A program made the position numbers and the translations under genes. DNA of 64,000 nt from an uncultured virus (IMG/VR IMGVR_UViG_3300031998_000082) (Duplodnaviria; Heunggongvirae; Uroviricota; Caudoviricetes): the IMG/VR virus record IMGVR_UViG_3300031998_000082; one strand, written 5' to 3'. A model generated the notes under the pieces. It made no database searches. It was not told the origin of the DNA and saw only the letters and a program-made list of their open reading frames with translations. Shown here in pieces: positions 44,977 through 54,311 of the stretch. Every line of letters begins with the position of its first letter. Positions within the stretch are counted from its first letter, which is position 1.

Positions 44977-45732
44977 ATGGCACGATTTAATGCGAGTGAG
45001 TCCGCAAATTATGGCGGACAGGGAGGCGGAGGCTTCTTCAGTATTTCAGAACACAAAGGCGTAAAGAGAGTCAGATTTCTTTATAACAACGAGGACGATA
45101 TTGAGGGCTTCAGTGTTCATGAAGTAGATGTTGGTGATAAGAAGAGGTACGTAAACTGTTTACGTACTTACAGAGACCCGGTTGATATGTGTCCGTTCTG
45201 TCGTGAACAGATGAAAACACAGGTCAAGCTTTTAATTCCTGTCTACAATGTAGATGAGGACCAAGTACAGGTTTGGGACAGAGGCAAGAAGATGTTTGAA
45301 AAGATGTCCAGTTTGTGTAGCAGATACGCGAACAAGGATAATCTTGTACAGCATATCTTTGAAGTCGAGAGAAACGGAAAGCCCAAAGACACAAACACGA
45401 CCTATGAGATTTACGAGGTCGAGAAAGATGATACACAGCTTGAAGATTTTGAAGATGATATGCCGAAGCTTCTTGGAGGTCTTGTTCTTGATAAGTCAGC
45501 TGATGACATGGAGTATTATCTTGAAGAAAAAGAGTTTCCGCCCGATGACGATGAGGAAGAAGAGAGACCGCGCAGACGTTCAAGCAGAGAAGAGACAACT
45601 ACGCGCAGACGTTCAAGTAAGCGCGATGAGGAAGAAGATGCGGACGATGATGAGGAAGAAGATGAGAAGCCCACAAGACGTAGTTCCGCACGTTCTGAAA
45701 GACGTACACCGTCAAGAAGAGGAGATAAATAA
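44977..45732 (+). CDS. single-stranded DNA-binding protein (gp32-like, Zn-binding)
   Basis: FF.I..VRFL, H..C..CPFC, ERNG..T.Y; acidic/Arg-rich tail; directly upstream of polymerase. Confidence 0.75.
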   Translation: MARFNASESANYGGQGGGGFFSISEHKGVKRVRFLYNNEDDIEGFSVHEVDVGDKKRYVNCLRTYRDPVDMCPFCREQMKTQVKLLIPVYNVDEDQVQVWDRGKKMFEKMSSLCSRYANKDNLVQHIFEVERNGKPKDTNTTYEIYEVEKDDTQLEDFEDDMPKLLGGLVLDKSADDMEYYLEEKEFPPDDDEEEERPRRRSSREETTTRRRSSKRDEEEDADDDEEEDEKPTRRSSARSERRTPSRRGDK

Positions 45733-48047
45733 TGCCGTTGTTTACGTTGCCTAAGACAAAGACAAATAGAGCTTTAGATAAGTCAATCGCAGGCAAGACA
45801 GCTACAGCAAAACAAGTGGTCCCGTCATTAAAGGGCGGGACCAGTTTAATCGGTAGAATTGAACAGATTAAGCAGATGGTCGAAAAGAATCTTGGAAAGT
45901 ATCGTGATGAGTATTTATGTATCACAGATAAGGAAGTGCTTCATGATTACATCACAGAATGTATAGGCAATGGATACTTTTCGCTTGATACTGAGACTGA
46001 TGGTCTTGACCCGATGCGTAATAAGATTGCGGGACCATGTATTTACACATATGGTCAAAAGAGTGCATACATTCCAATCAATCATATTAGCTATATCACA
46101 CAACAGAAAGCTGTTGGACAGCTTGATGCTGATTTTGTGCGTGAGGAGTTCAAGCGATTACTGAAGAAAAAGCCAGATATTGACATGTTCAATGCTGATT
46201 TTGATATCAGAGTCATGCGACACTTTGGTGTTCCAGATATCTACTGTACATGGGATGCTTATTTAGGCGCGCGTATTCTTAACGAAAACGAGCCTACAAA
46301 CAAGCTGAAGCCATTACATCAAAAGTATGTAATGAATGGACAGGGTGATGCGTTCACATTTGATGAGCTGTTTAAAGGTATACCGTTTACATTGATACCA
46401 TACAATATTGGATATCTGTACGCCGCACACGACCCTATAATTACAACAGAGTTTTCTGATTATCAGAGACAGTATTTGAGACCTGACCATGAGCGTGAAG
46501 ATATGCGACAGCTTTATTGGGTGTTCAAGAATATTGAGATGGCTTGTGTTCCTGTTGTAGCAGATATGGAAGATACTGGTGTTTTGATTAATACAGAGTA
46601 TAGCAAGAGTTTGTCGGAAAAGTATAATGCACTCCTTGACGAAAAGGTGCAAGCTTTTTACGAGACTTTGAAGCCATATAAAGCTGAGATAGATAAAGCA
46701 CGAAAGAATGGAGCAAAGCTTGACAATCCAATCAATATAGGCAGTTCCGCACAGCTTGCGATATTATTTTACGATATCATGGGTATAGAGCCTGTAAACA
46801 AGAAGTCTCCGAGAAGTACAGATGAGGAGACGCTTACAAAGATAGATAATGATGTATCAAAAGCAGTATTAGAGCATAGAAGCTTGGCAACACTTGTTTC
46901 CACGTTCATAGATAAGCTTCCTGAGTGTGTCAATCCCGATGATGGAAAGATACATTGTAAGTTCAATCAATATGGGGCAAAGACAGGTAGAATGTCAAGC
47001 AGTGAGCCAAATCTTCAGAATATACCAAGTCATAATAAAGACATCAGAAAGATGTTTATAGCATCACCCGGATACTTGCTGATGAGTAGCGACTTTTCAC
47101 AGCAGGAACCTAAATGTCTTGCCGCACTTTGTAAAGAAGCAGGAGACCCACAGATGTATAACACATTTATGGCAGGTAAGGATTTGTATTCTGAGATTGC
47201 TTCCAAAGCTTTTAACAAGCCTTATGATGAGTGCAGAGAGTTCAATGCAGACGGAAGCAAAAACAAAGAAGGTAAGGAGCGTAGAACGCAGGCAAAGAGC
47301 ATTCTGTTGGGAGTTTTGTATGGCAGAGGTGAAGCAAGTATAGCGGAGCAATTAGGCTGTACAGAGGAAAAAGCTAAAGCAATAAAAAGCAGTGTATTCA
47401 GAGGATTTCCAGCGATTGAGAAATTTGAGCAAGATTCACTTGATATGGCATATGATTTAGGTTATGTCACAACAGTATGTGGAAGAAAGCGTAGATTGCC
47501 AGAGCTTCAGCTTGAGGAATATGAGTTTAAATATATCAATGGTGTTCCTGTAGATGATGACGTTTTAGACTTCAGCAGTGATTTACCTTTTGATGAGAAT
47601 GGGAAGCCCGTACAGTTAGAGCAGGAAGTACCCGCCAAAACGCAGGATTTGCTCAGGAAGCGTCTTAAACGAGCTTGGTTTAAGGATAAGCTTAAAATCA
47701 AAAAAGAAGCGCAGGAAAAGGGAATCCTGATAATTGACAACGGTGGTAAAATCGCAGATGCTACACGACAGGTTGTAAATTCGAGAATACAAGGTAGCGC
47801 CGCTGATTTGACAAAGCTTGCCATGATAAAGCTAAGTAAAAGTGAAAGATTAAAAGAGCTTGGATTCAGATTGCTTATACCCGTACATGATGAGGTCATA
47901 GCAGAGTGTCCTGAGGAAAACATCAAAGAATGTTCCGAGCTGTTGGCAAAAACGATGTCAGAGGCCGCTGAGGAAATTTTGAAGATGCCAATCAAGTGCG
48001 ATGTCGAGATAACAAAAGAATGGTATGGACAGACAGTCGAAATCTAA
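45732..48047 (+). CDS. polA: DNA polymerase, family A (3'-5' exonuclease plus polymerase)
   Basis: DTETDGL ExoI, FNADFD, YAAHD, TGRMSSSEPNLQNIP, DFSQQE, RTQAKSILLGVLYG, NSRIQGSAAD, VHDE. Confidence 0.95.
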   Translation: MPLFTLPKTKTNRALDKSIAGKTATAKQVVPSLKGGTSLIGRIEQIKQMVEKNLGKYRDEYLCITDKEVLHDYITECIGNGYFSLDTETDGLDPMRNKIAGPCIYTYGQKSAYIPINHISYITQQKAVGQLDADFVREEFKRLLKKKPDIDMFNADFDIRVMRHFGVPDIYCTWDAYLGARILNENEPTNKLKPLHQKYVMNGQGDAFTFDELFKGIPFTLIPYNIGYLYAAHDPIITTEFSDYQRQYLRPDHEREDMRQLYWVFKNIEMACVPVVADMEDTGVLINTEYSKSLSEKYNALLDEKVQAFYETLKPYKAEIDKARKNGAKLDNPINIGSSAQLAILFYDIMGIEPVNKKSPRSTDEETLTKIDNDVSKAVLEHRSLATLVSTFIDKLPECVNPDDGKIHCKFNQYGAKTGRMSSSEPNLQNIPSHNKDIRKMFIASPGYLLMSSDFSQQEPKCLAALCKEAGDPQMYNTFMAGKDLYSEIASKAFNKPYDECREFNADGSKNKEGKERRTQAKSILLGVLYGRGEASIAEQLGCTEEKAKAIKSSVFRGFPAIEKFEQDSLDMAYDLGYVTTVCGRKRRLPELQLEEYEFKYINGVPVDDDVLDFSSDLPFDENGKPVQLEQEVPAKTQDLLRKRLKRAWFKDKLKIKKEAQEKGILIIDNGGKIADATRQVVNSRIQGSAADLTKLAMIKLSKSERLKELGFRLLIPVHDEVIAECPEENIKECSELLAKTMSEAAEEILKMPIKCDVEITKEWYGQTVEI

Positions 48048-48062
48048 GAGGAGATAAATTTT

Positions 48063-48419
48063 ATGGCACTATTTGAAGTTAAACCTAAGTTTTATTACGA
48101 GCCACATCTTGATATGACTGATAAAAACAAGTGTGTGGATTTAACTGAGTATTTAGAGCTTGTTAAAGCTATTGATGGAGATAGTAGCTTGACAACAAAT
48201 GATAAGAACTTTTTTAAGATTCTTGCCACGCGATTTATCGTGTTTAAGTATGAGAAGTTAGCAGATTTATACGCAAGCACAAAAGACGCTAATATTAAGC
48301 GTTGGCTTGAAGCCTTAAAGAGCGTGATAGTAGATACAGATAAAGCTATAGAGTCAGGTTATTTCAAGTATCTTAATGACTATTCAATGTTATTGGAGGA
48401 TATTGTAGATGAAAAATAA
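48063..48419 (+). CDS. small partner protein of DNA-modification glycosyltransferase (paralog of 49227)
   Basis: ATRFIVFKYEKLADLYA..VIVDTDKAIESGY, similar to 49227..49622. Confidence 0.7.
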   Translation: MALFEVKPKFYYEPHLDMTDKNKCVDLTEYLELVKAIDGDSSLTTNDKNFFKILATRFIVFKYEKLADLYASTKDANIKRWLEALKSVIVDTDKAIESGYFKYLNDYSMLLEDIVDEK

Positions 48420-49227
48420 CTTTGCTTATTTCATAGCAAGCTATGGTAAGCCTGATAACATTATGACGTTACAACAGCTTAAAGAGCATGATGTAAAATA
48501 TCCTATCTACATAGTTGTAGGTACTGATGACCCTAAGCTTGAAGAGTATAAGACTACATACAAAGATAACCTTTTGGTGTTTGATAAAGCTGATTATATC
48601 GACAAAATAGATGATATTGGTGTTTATGCTAAAACTCATAAAGTGTGTACATATTCGAGATTAGCAGTTCAGGACTTTGCACTTCAGCTTGGTGTGAAAT
48701 ACGTTTGTTATCTTTTTGATGATATACAGTATTTTCAGATTCGATATGTAAGTGCTGAGAACAAGGTTAAATCAACAAGAAAATTTGACTTTGATAGAAT
48801 GATGGACATGTATGTTAATCTGTTAAATTCGAGTGATGATTTGGTTCTTGTTGGACCACCAAATTCAAGCTTTTATATTGGGGTTAACAGCACTTGTGCG
48901 GATAAGTATTCTACAAGATATGGAAATATGTTTATCTATGATGTTGAAAGAATGCCAGACGTTTTGAGAACAAGCATACTTGAAGATATGGACATTATAT
49001 TGCAGAACAACAAAATTGGTAAGATGTCGATATGTCCATTTGGATTACAAGTATGTTGCCGAGACCCTCACACCACAACAGATTGTTATGGTAATATGAG
49101 TAAGTCAGAGTATTACCAGCATCTTGTTCTATTAGGTCAGAGACCTGTTGCATTGGACAGACCTACAATACCTTATGCAAGTTTTACACCTAAGATAATC
49201 AGTCCAGAATACAGGAGGATAGTTTAA
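48409..49227 (+). CDS. TAGT/GREB1-like glycosyltransferase, putative DNA modifier (paralog of 49612)
   Basis: FIASYGKP..T, VFDK, SR, LFDDI, LEDMD pattern parallels 49612..50463. Confidence 0.65.
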   Translation: MKNNFAYFIASYGKPDNIMTLQQLKEHDVKYPIYIVVGTDDPKLEEYKTTYKDNLLVFDKADYIDKIDDIGVYAKTHKVCTYSRLAVQDFALQLGVKYVCYLFDDIQYFQIRYVSAENKVKSTRKFDFDRMMDMYVNLLNSSDDLVLVGPPNSSFYIGVNSTCADKYSTRYGNMFIYDVERMPDVLRTSILEDMDIILQNNKIGKMSICPFGLQVCCRDPHTTTDCYGNMSKSEYYQHLVLLGQRPVALDRPTIPYASFTPKIISPEYRRIV

Positions 49228-49622
49228 TGCCATTGTTTAAAATCAAAAAAGAAGTTGATACCAAATACACAGCAAAAGTATTACCACCTCAGTATTTACC
49301 AAGTGCAATAGCTCCTAAGATGCATGAGCTTTGTGATTTAGCGCAGTATAAAAAGCTTATGCAGAATATCAACAAGTCCGATATTCCAGACGAAATTAAA
49401 GACTTTCTGAAGCTTGGAGCAACAAGGCATATAGTGTTTAACTACGCAAAGATAGCAGACTTTTATGCCCATGCAGAACCTGAAGTGCAGAGATTGATGG
49501 AAGAATCAGCGTTGGTAATAATTGATATCGATGATGCCATTGTGAATGGATATGTAAAGCTGAGTAAAAATATTAAGCAGATTATGGACCAGACAGGAAG
49601 AAGGACAAAAGATGAGAGCTGA
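49227..49622 (+). CDS. small partner protein of DNA-modification glycosyltransferase
   Basis: KYT.K...PQY.P, ATRHIVFNYAKIADFYAHA..QRLMEESALVIID.DDAI.NGYV. Confidence 0.75.
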   Translation: MPLFKIKKEVDTKYTAKVLPPQYLPSAIAPKMHELCDLAQYKKLMQNINKSDIPDEIKDFLKLGATRHIVFNYAKIADFYAHAEPEVQRLMEESALVIIDIDDAIVNGYVKLSKNIKQIMDQTGRRTKDES

Positions 49623-50463
49623 TTTTGCCATTTTTATACTGACACATGGAAGAGCTGATAATGTGATAACTACAGATACATTAAAGCGATGCGGAAATAC
49701 AAATAGAATCTATTATATCATCGATAATGAGGATAAGCAGGCAGATTTATATCGACAGCGATTCGGTGCTGAAAATGTCATTATGTTTGACAAAAAGAAG
49801 AAAGCCAAGAGCTGTGATACAATGGATTTAGTTGATAATCGAAATATTGTATTGTTTGCACGTAACAGCTGTTTTGAGATAGCTAAGAAGCTTGGCCTGA
49901 CATATTTTTTAGAGCTTGATGATGATTATACAATCTTTAGAAGTCGAATGTGGGACGGAGATAAGCTTGCTACAGTCTATTGTACAGATTTAGATTCGGT
50001 GATAGATGAGACAATAGATTTCCTTGAAACGAGTGGAGCAACAACAGTGGCATTTGGACAGACAGGAGATTTTATTGGTGGTAGTGGTTGTAAGCTGTTT
50101 AAGGAAAAGATTCTGAGAAAAGCAATGAATAGCTTTTTCTGTAAAGTTGACAGACCTTTTGATTTTTATGGTAGAATCAATGAAGATGTCAACGCTTATG
50201 TATCATTGGGAAGTAGAGGTAAGCTGTTTTTTACAATTTCAGATATGACACTAAACCAGCACGACACACAGCAGAACAGCGGTGGTTTAACAGATGCCTA
50301 CTTACAGATGGGCACATATGTGAAGTCTTTTTACACTGTTATGGGAAATCCCTCATGTGTTAAAATATCAGAGATGGGTTGTGGACATAAAAGAATACAT
50401 CATCTCATAGATTGGGACCATGCAGTGCCAAAAATAATAAGCGATAAATTCAAGAAAGGATAA
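49612..50463 (+). CDS. TAGT/GREB1-like glycosyltransferase, putative DNA modifier
   Basis: FILTHGRAD, ARN, ELDDDY, RKAMNSFF, GRINEDV, GTYVKSFY, RIHH..W..VPKI. Confidence 0.75.
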   Translation: MRADFAIFILTHGRADNVITTDTLKRCGNTNRIYYIIDNEDKQADLYRQRFGAENVIMFDKKKKAKSCDTMDLVDNRNIVLFARNSCFEIAKKLGLTYFLELDDDYTIFRSRMWDGDKLATVYCTDLDSVIDETIDFLETSGATTVAFGQTGDFIGGSGCKLFKEKILRKAMNSFFCKVDRPFDFYGRINEDVNAYVSLGSRGKLFFTISDMTLNQHDTQQNSGGLTDAYLQMGTYVKSFYTVMGNPSCVKISEMGCGHKRIHHLIDWDHAVPKIISDKFKKG

Positions 50464-50468
50464 TAGCT

Positions 50469-50639
50469 ATGGGAGGAAGAACAAGAAAAGCACCATCAAG
50501 AAGGATTCACACAAGAAAGATTGACAGAATGGTTGCAAAAAACAATATGCGCATTTTAGGCATTTCAGTGCATGATTGCATCAAACATGGAAGATTTTCT
50601 GATGCATGGAAAGAGTATTCAAAAGAAGTTAAAGCGTAA
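50469..50639 (+). CDS. small basic hypothetical protein (56 aa)
   Basis: AAGGA RBS; fills gap between 50463 and 50652. Confidence 0.55.
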   Translation: MGGRTRKAPSRRIHTRKIDRMVAKNNMRILGISVHDCIKHGRFSDAWKEYSKEVKA

Positions 50640-50651
50640 AGGAGAGACAAC

Positions 50652-51791
50652 ATGGCAGGAAAGAAAAAGACAGAGACAAAGACAGAAGCAGTAAAAGCAA
50701 ATGTGTTGACGATTTCAGCGGAGACATTCAAGACATTGGTAAGCAAAGCTTACAAGGGAGTAGGTAATAACAAGCTTTTACCACTTACACAGTTGATGTG
50801 CATCAGAGTAAAGGATGGAGAGCTTACGCTGATTGTATCAGATGAGACAGGAACCAATTATCTGTATGTGAGACAGAAGAACATTGAAGGAGAGTTTTAT
50901 GCCACAGTTCTTGCTGACCAATTTGCAAAGCTGATAGAGAAACAGACCTGTGAGAAAATCACGATGGAAGCTGATGCTGATAAGCTTAATGTTACAGGTA
51001 ATGGAAAGTACACTATAGCTTTACAGTATGATGAAATGGGTAATTCCATACAGTATCCTGACCCGATTAGTGACTTAGTGATGCCTGAAGCAGGAGCGGG
51101 TAATATCAAACTTTCAGTGGTATCAAAGATGCTTAATTCTGTAAAGCCTGCGCTTGCTGTTTCGATGGATGCGCCGTATCTTACAGGCTATTATGCAGGA
51201 GACATCATTGCCGCGACAAACGGAGATGAGATGAGCATATACAGTACAGAGCTTATGGAAGAGCCTGTAATACTGTCTCCGACAGTTATAGAGCTGTTAT
51301 CATTGTCGGCCGATGATAAGTTTTCAGTTGAGCGATATGATGAGGGAGTGCTTTTGTTCTATGCTTCAGATATTCAGATTTATACACATGCGATGGAAGG
51401 CATTGACGATTATCCTGTAGAAGCACTGAAGCAGTTTAAAGAAGCAGATATGCCTTACAGTTGTAAGCTGTCAAAGAATGCACTGATGCAGGCGCTTGAT
51501 AGAATATCATTGTTTATAGGTGCATATGATGACAACGCAATCAAGCTGACATTTGATGGTAAAGCTGTCAAGATATCATCACTTGCAAGCACAGGCGTGG
51601 AAGACATTACGTATATGTCAGGAAGTAAGGATAAGTTTGAATGTACTGTTGATTCTGTAGCATTTACAAAGCATGTAAAAGCGCAGTCCACAGATACTGT
51701 AGAACTTCAGTTTGGCGATGAGTCAGCAATCAAGCTTATTGATGGTGATATCGTGCAGATTTTGAGCTTGTTTGAGGAAGATAATGCGTAA
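50652..51791 (+). CDS. dnaN: DNA polymerase III beta-like sliding clamp
   Basis: 379 aa acidic protein; ATNG, DDYP, LMQALDRISLF three-domain clamp pattern; clamp-loader genes nearby. Confidence 0.8.
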   Translation: MAGKKKTETKTEAVKANVLTISAETFKTLVSKAYKGVGNNKLLPLTQLMCIRVKDGELTLIVSDETGTNYLYVRQKNIEGEFYATVLADQFAKLIEKQTCEKITMEADADKLNVTGNGKYTIALQYDEMGNSIQYPDPISDLVMPEAGAGNIKLSVVSKMLNSVKPALAVSMDAPYLTGYYAGDIIAATNGDEMSIYSTELMEEPVILSPTVIELLSLSADDKFSVERYDEGVLLFYASDIQIYTHAMEGIDDYPVEALKQFKEADMPYSCKLSKNALMQALDRISLFIGAYDDNAIKLTFDGKAVKISSLASTGVEDITYMSGSKDKFECTVDSVAFTKHVKAQSTDTVELQFGDESAIKLIDGDIVQILSLFEEDNA

Positions 51792-51805
51792 GCTTAAAGC
51801 TTGAT

Positions 51806-51840
51806 AAAATAAGAGGTCCGAGAGGGTCTCTTATTTTTTT
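51806..51840 (+). terminator. intrinsic terminator
   Basis: AAAATAAGAGGTCC-gaga-GGGTCTCTTATTTT plus T run. Confidence 0.75.
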
Positions 51841-51862
51841 GAAAAAAAATTTAAAAAAAGTG

Positions 51863-51900
51863 TTGACAAATGGCTAAACGTGTTATATAATGTTCTTGTG
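51863..51900 (+). promoter_or_regulatory. repeated strong early-type promoter, copy 6
   Basis: TTGACA-aatggctAAACGTGTta-TATAAT-gttcttgtg. Confidence 0.85.
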
Positions 51901-51938
51901 ATTGAGAGAGACAGCGACAGAAAAGTGAGGTACGAGAT

Positions 51939-52144
51939 ATGAAGAAAACAAACAAAGTTAATGTGTACATCGAGTTCTTTAATTATTGCGGATTAATGTG
52001 TACATCGAGTTCTTTAATTATTGCGGAGAGGTTCAGAGCAAAGATTTGATAGCAACATTTAATTCAGTTAATTGGGCAAATAAGTTTGTTGATGCTTGCA
52101 AAGATGATATTGATGATAGATTTTCAAGATTTGTAATAGAGTGA
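51939..52144 (+). pseudogene. small gene frameshifted by a 35-bp tandem duplication
   Basis: Removing one copy restores a 56-aa ORF (MKKTNKVNVYIEFFNYCGEVQSKD...FSRFVIE*) ending at the next gene's RBS. Confidence 0.65.
51958..52027 (+). repeat. perfect 35-bp tandem duplication
   Basis: TTAATGTGTACATCGAGTTCTTTAATTATTGCGGA at 51958-51992 and 51993-52027. Confidence 0.95.
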
Positions 52145-52154
52145 GGTACGAGAT

Positions 52155-52406
52155 ATGACAAAATACAGAGGCTACTACATTGACCACGTTGTTTTCAATA
52201 GCAAGAAAGATATTGATGAGCATATTAAGAACGAGCTTATATCTGGTGTTAAAAAGCTTATGAAGATGTTTCTTAGTGCAAGATACAGCGCAGAGGAAAA
52301 GATGATTATTTCAGCTTCAATCACCGATAAAGAGCGAATACTTCAGAAAGAGTGTGGACTTACTGGTGCAGAGATTGAAGAAATCGAGGACAGCTGTTAT
52401 TGCTGA
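52155..52406 (+). CDS. hypothetical protein
   Basis: GAGGT RBS; early-gene island. Confidence 0.75.
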   Translation: MTKYRGYYIDHVVFNSKKDIDEHIKNELISGVKKLMKMFLSARYSAEEKMIISASITDKERILQKECGLTGAEIEEIEDSCYC

Positions 52407-52423
52407 AAAAGGAGGTATGAGAT

Positions 52424-52615
52424 ATGACAAAGACACAGAAGAAAAGATTGGCACAAGATTTGATAATGGAGCAAATAGCAATTATTGGTTATGGAGATAG
52501 ATATAAAGAGTTTGTTGAGCAAATAGGAAGTTCTGAAGAAGCAGATAAAATTTTGATGGAGCAGATGGATAGAGTTGCTAAAATGTTCGGATTCAACAGT
52601 GCTTGGTTTGCGTGA
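52424..52615 (+). CDS. hypothetical protein
   Basis: GGAGG RBS. Confidence 0.7.
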   Translation: MTKTQKKRLAQDLIMEQIAIIGYGDRYKEFVEQIGSSEEADKILMEQMDRVAKMFGFNSAWFA

Positions 52616-52628
52616 AAGGAGAGACAAT

Positions 52629-52817
52629 ATGAAAGCTTTTGGAAAATGGTTAGTTATGGCGACAGTAAATGGTAAGTCAAGAATTGCACATCCGGGTTTC
52701 AAGACAAAGAAAGAAGCAGAGATAACGCTTGCATCAGCAGGATTTAAGAAAGTAGATGAGAATCTGTGGGAAGATAGCTTAGGACAGCAGTTTTACATCG
52801 AGAAAAATAAAAAATAA
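52629..52817 (+). CDS. hypothetical protein
   Basis: AGGAG RBS. Confidence 0.7.
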   Translation: MKAFGKWLVMATVNGKSRIAHPGFKTKKEAEITLASAGFKKVDENLWEDSLGQQFYIEKNKK

Positions 52818-52836
52818 AATTTTTTCAAAAAAGTTG

Positions 52837-52874
52837 TTGACAAATACAAAAACGTGTTGTATAATGTTCTTGTC
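52837..52874 (+). promoter_or_regulatory. repeated strong early-type promoter, copy 7
   Basis: TTGACA-aatacaaAAACGTGTtg-TATAAT-gttcttgtc. Confidence 0.85.
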
Positions 52875-52920
52875 AGTTGAGATGAGACACTTGAAAAATT
52901 CGTAAGCATCGAAAGGAGAA

Positions 52921-53142
52921 ATGATTATGGTATTAACAAACATTCTTTCAGTTATTGTTGGTTGGGAGCAGATTCGCATTGAAGATACAAATGGCAATTT
53001 GATTTATGAAGGAGCTTGTGCAAACTTCAGAGCTACAACAGACCCCGATGAGCTTTACAAGACCCTTACCCGCACAGTTGAGCGTGTAATCAGTTTTACA
53101 GATGACAATGACAATTCATACATCAGCATCACCATCGCGTGA
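52921..53142 (+). CDS. hypothetical protein
   Basis: AGGAG RBS after promoter. Confidence 0.7.
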   Translation: MIMVLTNILSVIVGWEQIRIEDTNGNLIYEGACANFRATTDPDELYKTLTRTVERVISFTDDNDNSYISITIA

Positions 53143-53156
53143 AAGGAGGAAAGCTT

Positions 53157-53765
53157 ATGAATAAAGAAATCAGAGATTTTGAAGATGTAAGGCGTTCACT
53201 TCTTGACAGCATTGAGACAGCAAAGCTTGAGAAAGAGCTTTGGTCAAAAGTCAAGGTTCTGAAGAAGAAAGATGGTTCAGATTTTGCTTCAAGAGCAAAG
53301 AGTTTCAAGAATGCGAATTATGGGTGTGAGAGATATTCAGATGACCACCATCCGGTACTTACTGTGAGTGGTAGAAACAGTCGTGGTGTGAATTGTAGTT
53401 ATACGATTTGGGCTTACATCAATGTTACTGATTTACCGAAAGATGACCCGCGCAGAGAGAAAGCAGATAAACCCTATTACAGTTGTACGATTCCCACTTA
53501 TCTATACACGCCTGATGAGCTTTTTGAACAGATAAAGAAGCGTATTAGCCAGCTTGATTATCTGATTGTATCACTTGAAAAACAGCTTGAAATGAGTAAA
53601 ACACTTTATAATGAGCTTGTTGATGCAGTTAAGAAGTCGCTGGAATGTATCAAGAATCAATGCAAAGAATTTAGGGAAGATGATAAAAAATACCCGTGTT
53701 CTTTAGAGTACAATCTTGGATATGTACTTGAAAACAATATACTACAGTGGTTAATTTGGAGATGA
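53157..53765 (+). CDS. hypothetical protein
   Basis: GGAGG RBS. Confidence 0.7.
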   Translation: MNKEIRDFEDVRRSLLDSIETAKLEKELWSKVKVLKKKDGSDFASRAKSFKNANYGCERYSDDHHPVLTVSGRNSRGVNCSYTIWAYINVTDLPKDDPRREKADKPYYSCTIPTYLYTPDELFEQIKKRISQLDYLIVSLEKQLEMSKTLYNELVDAVKKSLECIKNQCKEFREDDKKYPCSLEYNLGYVLENNILQWLIWR

Positions 53766-53766
53766 C

Positions 53767-54102
53767 ATGAACAAAAGACCTACGAGATTTTATAGCAACC
53801 GTCAAGAAAAGGCGGTTGCTAAAGTTATCAAAGGAAAGCAGACAGCAAACAGCGGAGCTACAGAGTTTAAAAAGGGCGATGTTACGACAGAAGATTGGCT
53901 GATAGAATGCAAGACAGCAACGACAGAAAAAGTATCATTCAGCATCAAACGTGATTGGCTTGATAAGAACAAGGAAGAAGCATTCGCAATGAATAAAAGC
54001 TATAATGCTTTATGTTTTGACTTTGGTGATAATGGCAGTCGCTATTACATCATAGATGAAAAGACTTTTAAGGAGGTATTACAATGGACGCAACACAATT
54101 AA
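53767..54102 (+). CDS. PD-(D/E)XK nuclease / Holliday-junction-resolvase-like protein
   Basis: QEKAVAK..NSGAT..KGDV..LIECKT. Confidence 0.75.
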   Translation: MNKRPTRFYSNRQEKAVAKVIKGKQTANSGATEFKKGDVTTEDWLIECKTATTEKVSFSIKRDWLDKNKEEAFAMNKSYNALCFDFGDNGSRYYIIDEKTFKEVLQWTQHN

Positions 54103-54308
54103 GCATCATTAAGCAGAAACTTGAAGATGGCGAGAGAGTCACAAGTATGGAAGCTTTTGACTTAGGCATCACAAGACTTTCGGCAATCATTCATGTGTTG
54201 AGACATCATCACGGAATGAATATTCTGACCAATATGTGTACTACGATAAATCGTTATGGACATGTAACTAATTACGCTGAATACGCACTTGTAGGAAAGG
54301 GGAAATGA
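54084..54308 (+). CDS. winged helix-turn-helix protein
   Basis: VTSMEAF.LGITRLSAIIH.LR..Y.L. Confidence 0.75.
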   Translation: MDATQLSIIKQKLEDGERVTSMEAFDLGITRLSAIIHVLRHHHGMNILTNMCTTINRYGHVTNYAEYALVGKGK

Positions 54309-54311
54309 TAC

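Noticed and set aside
47500..47760. Insertion in the PolA finger region as an intein or intron
   Set aside because: The frame is continuous with no splicing motifs; more likely a lineage-specific loop
51958..52027. 35-bp direct repeats as a mini CRISPR array
   Set aside because: The copies are adjacent with no spacer, so this is a tandem duplication. The Cas4-like gene sits in a recombination module with no other cas genes
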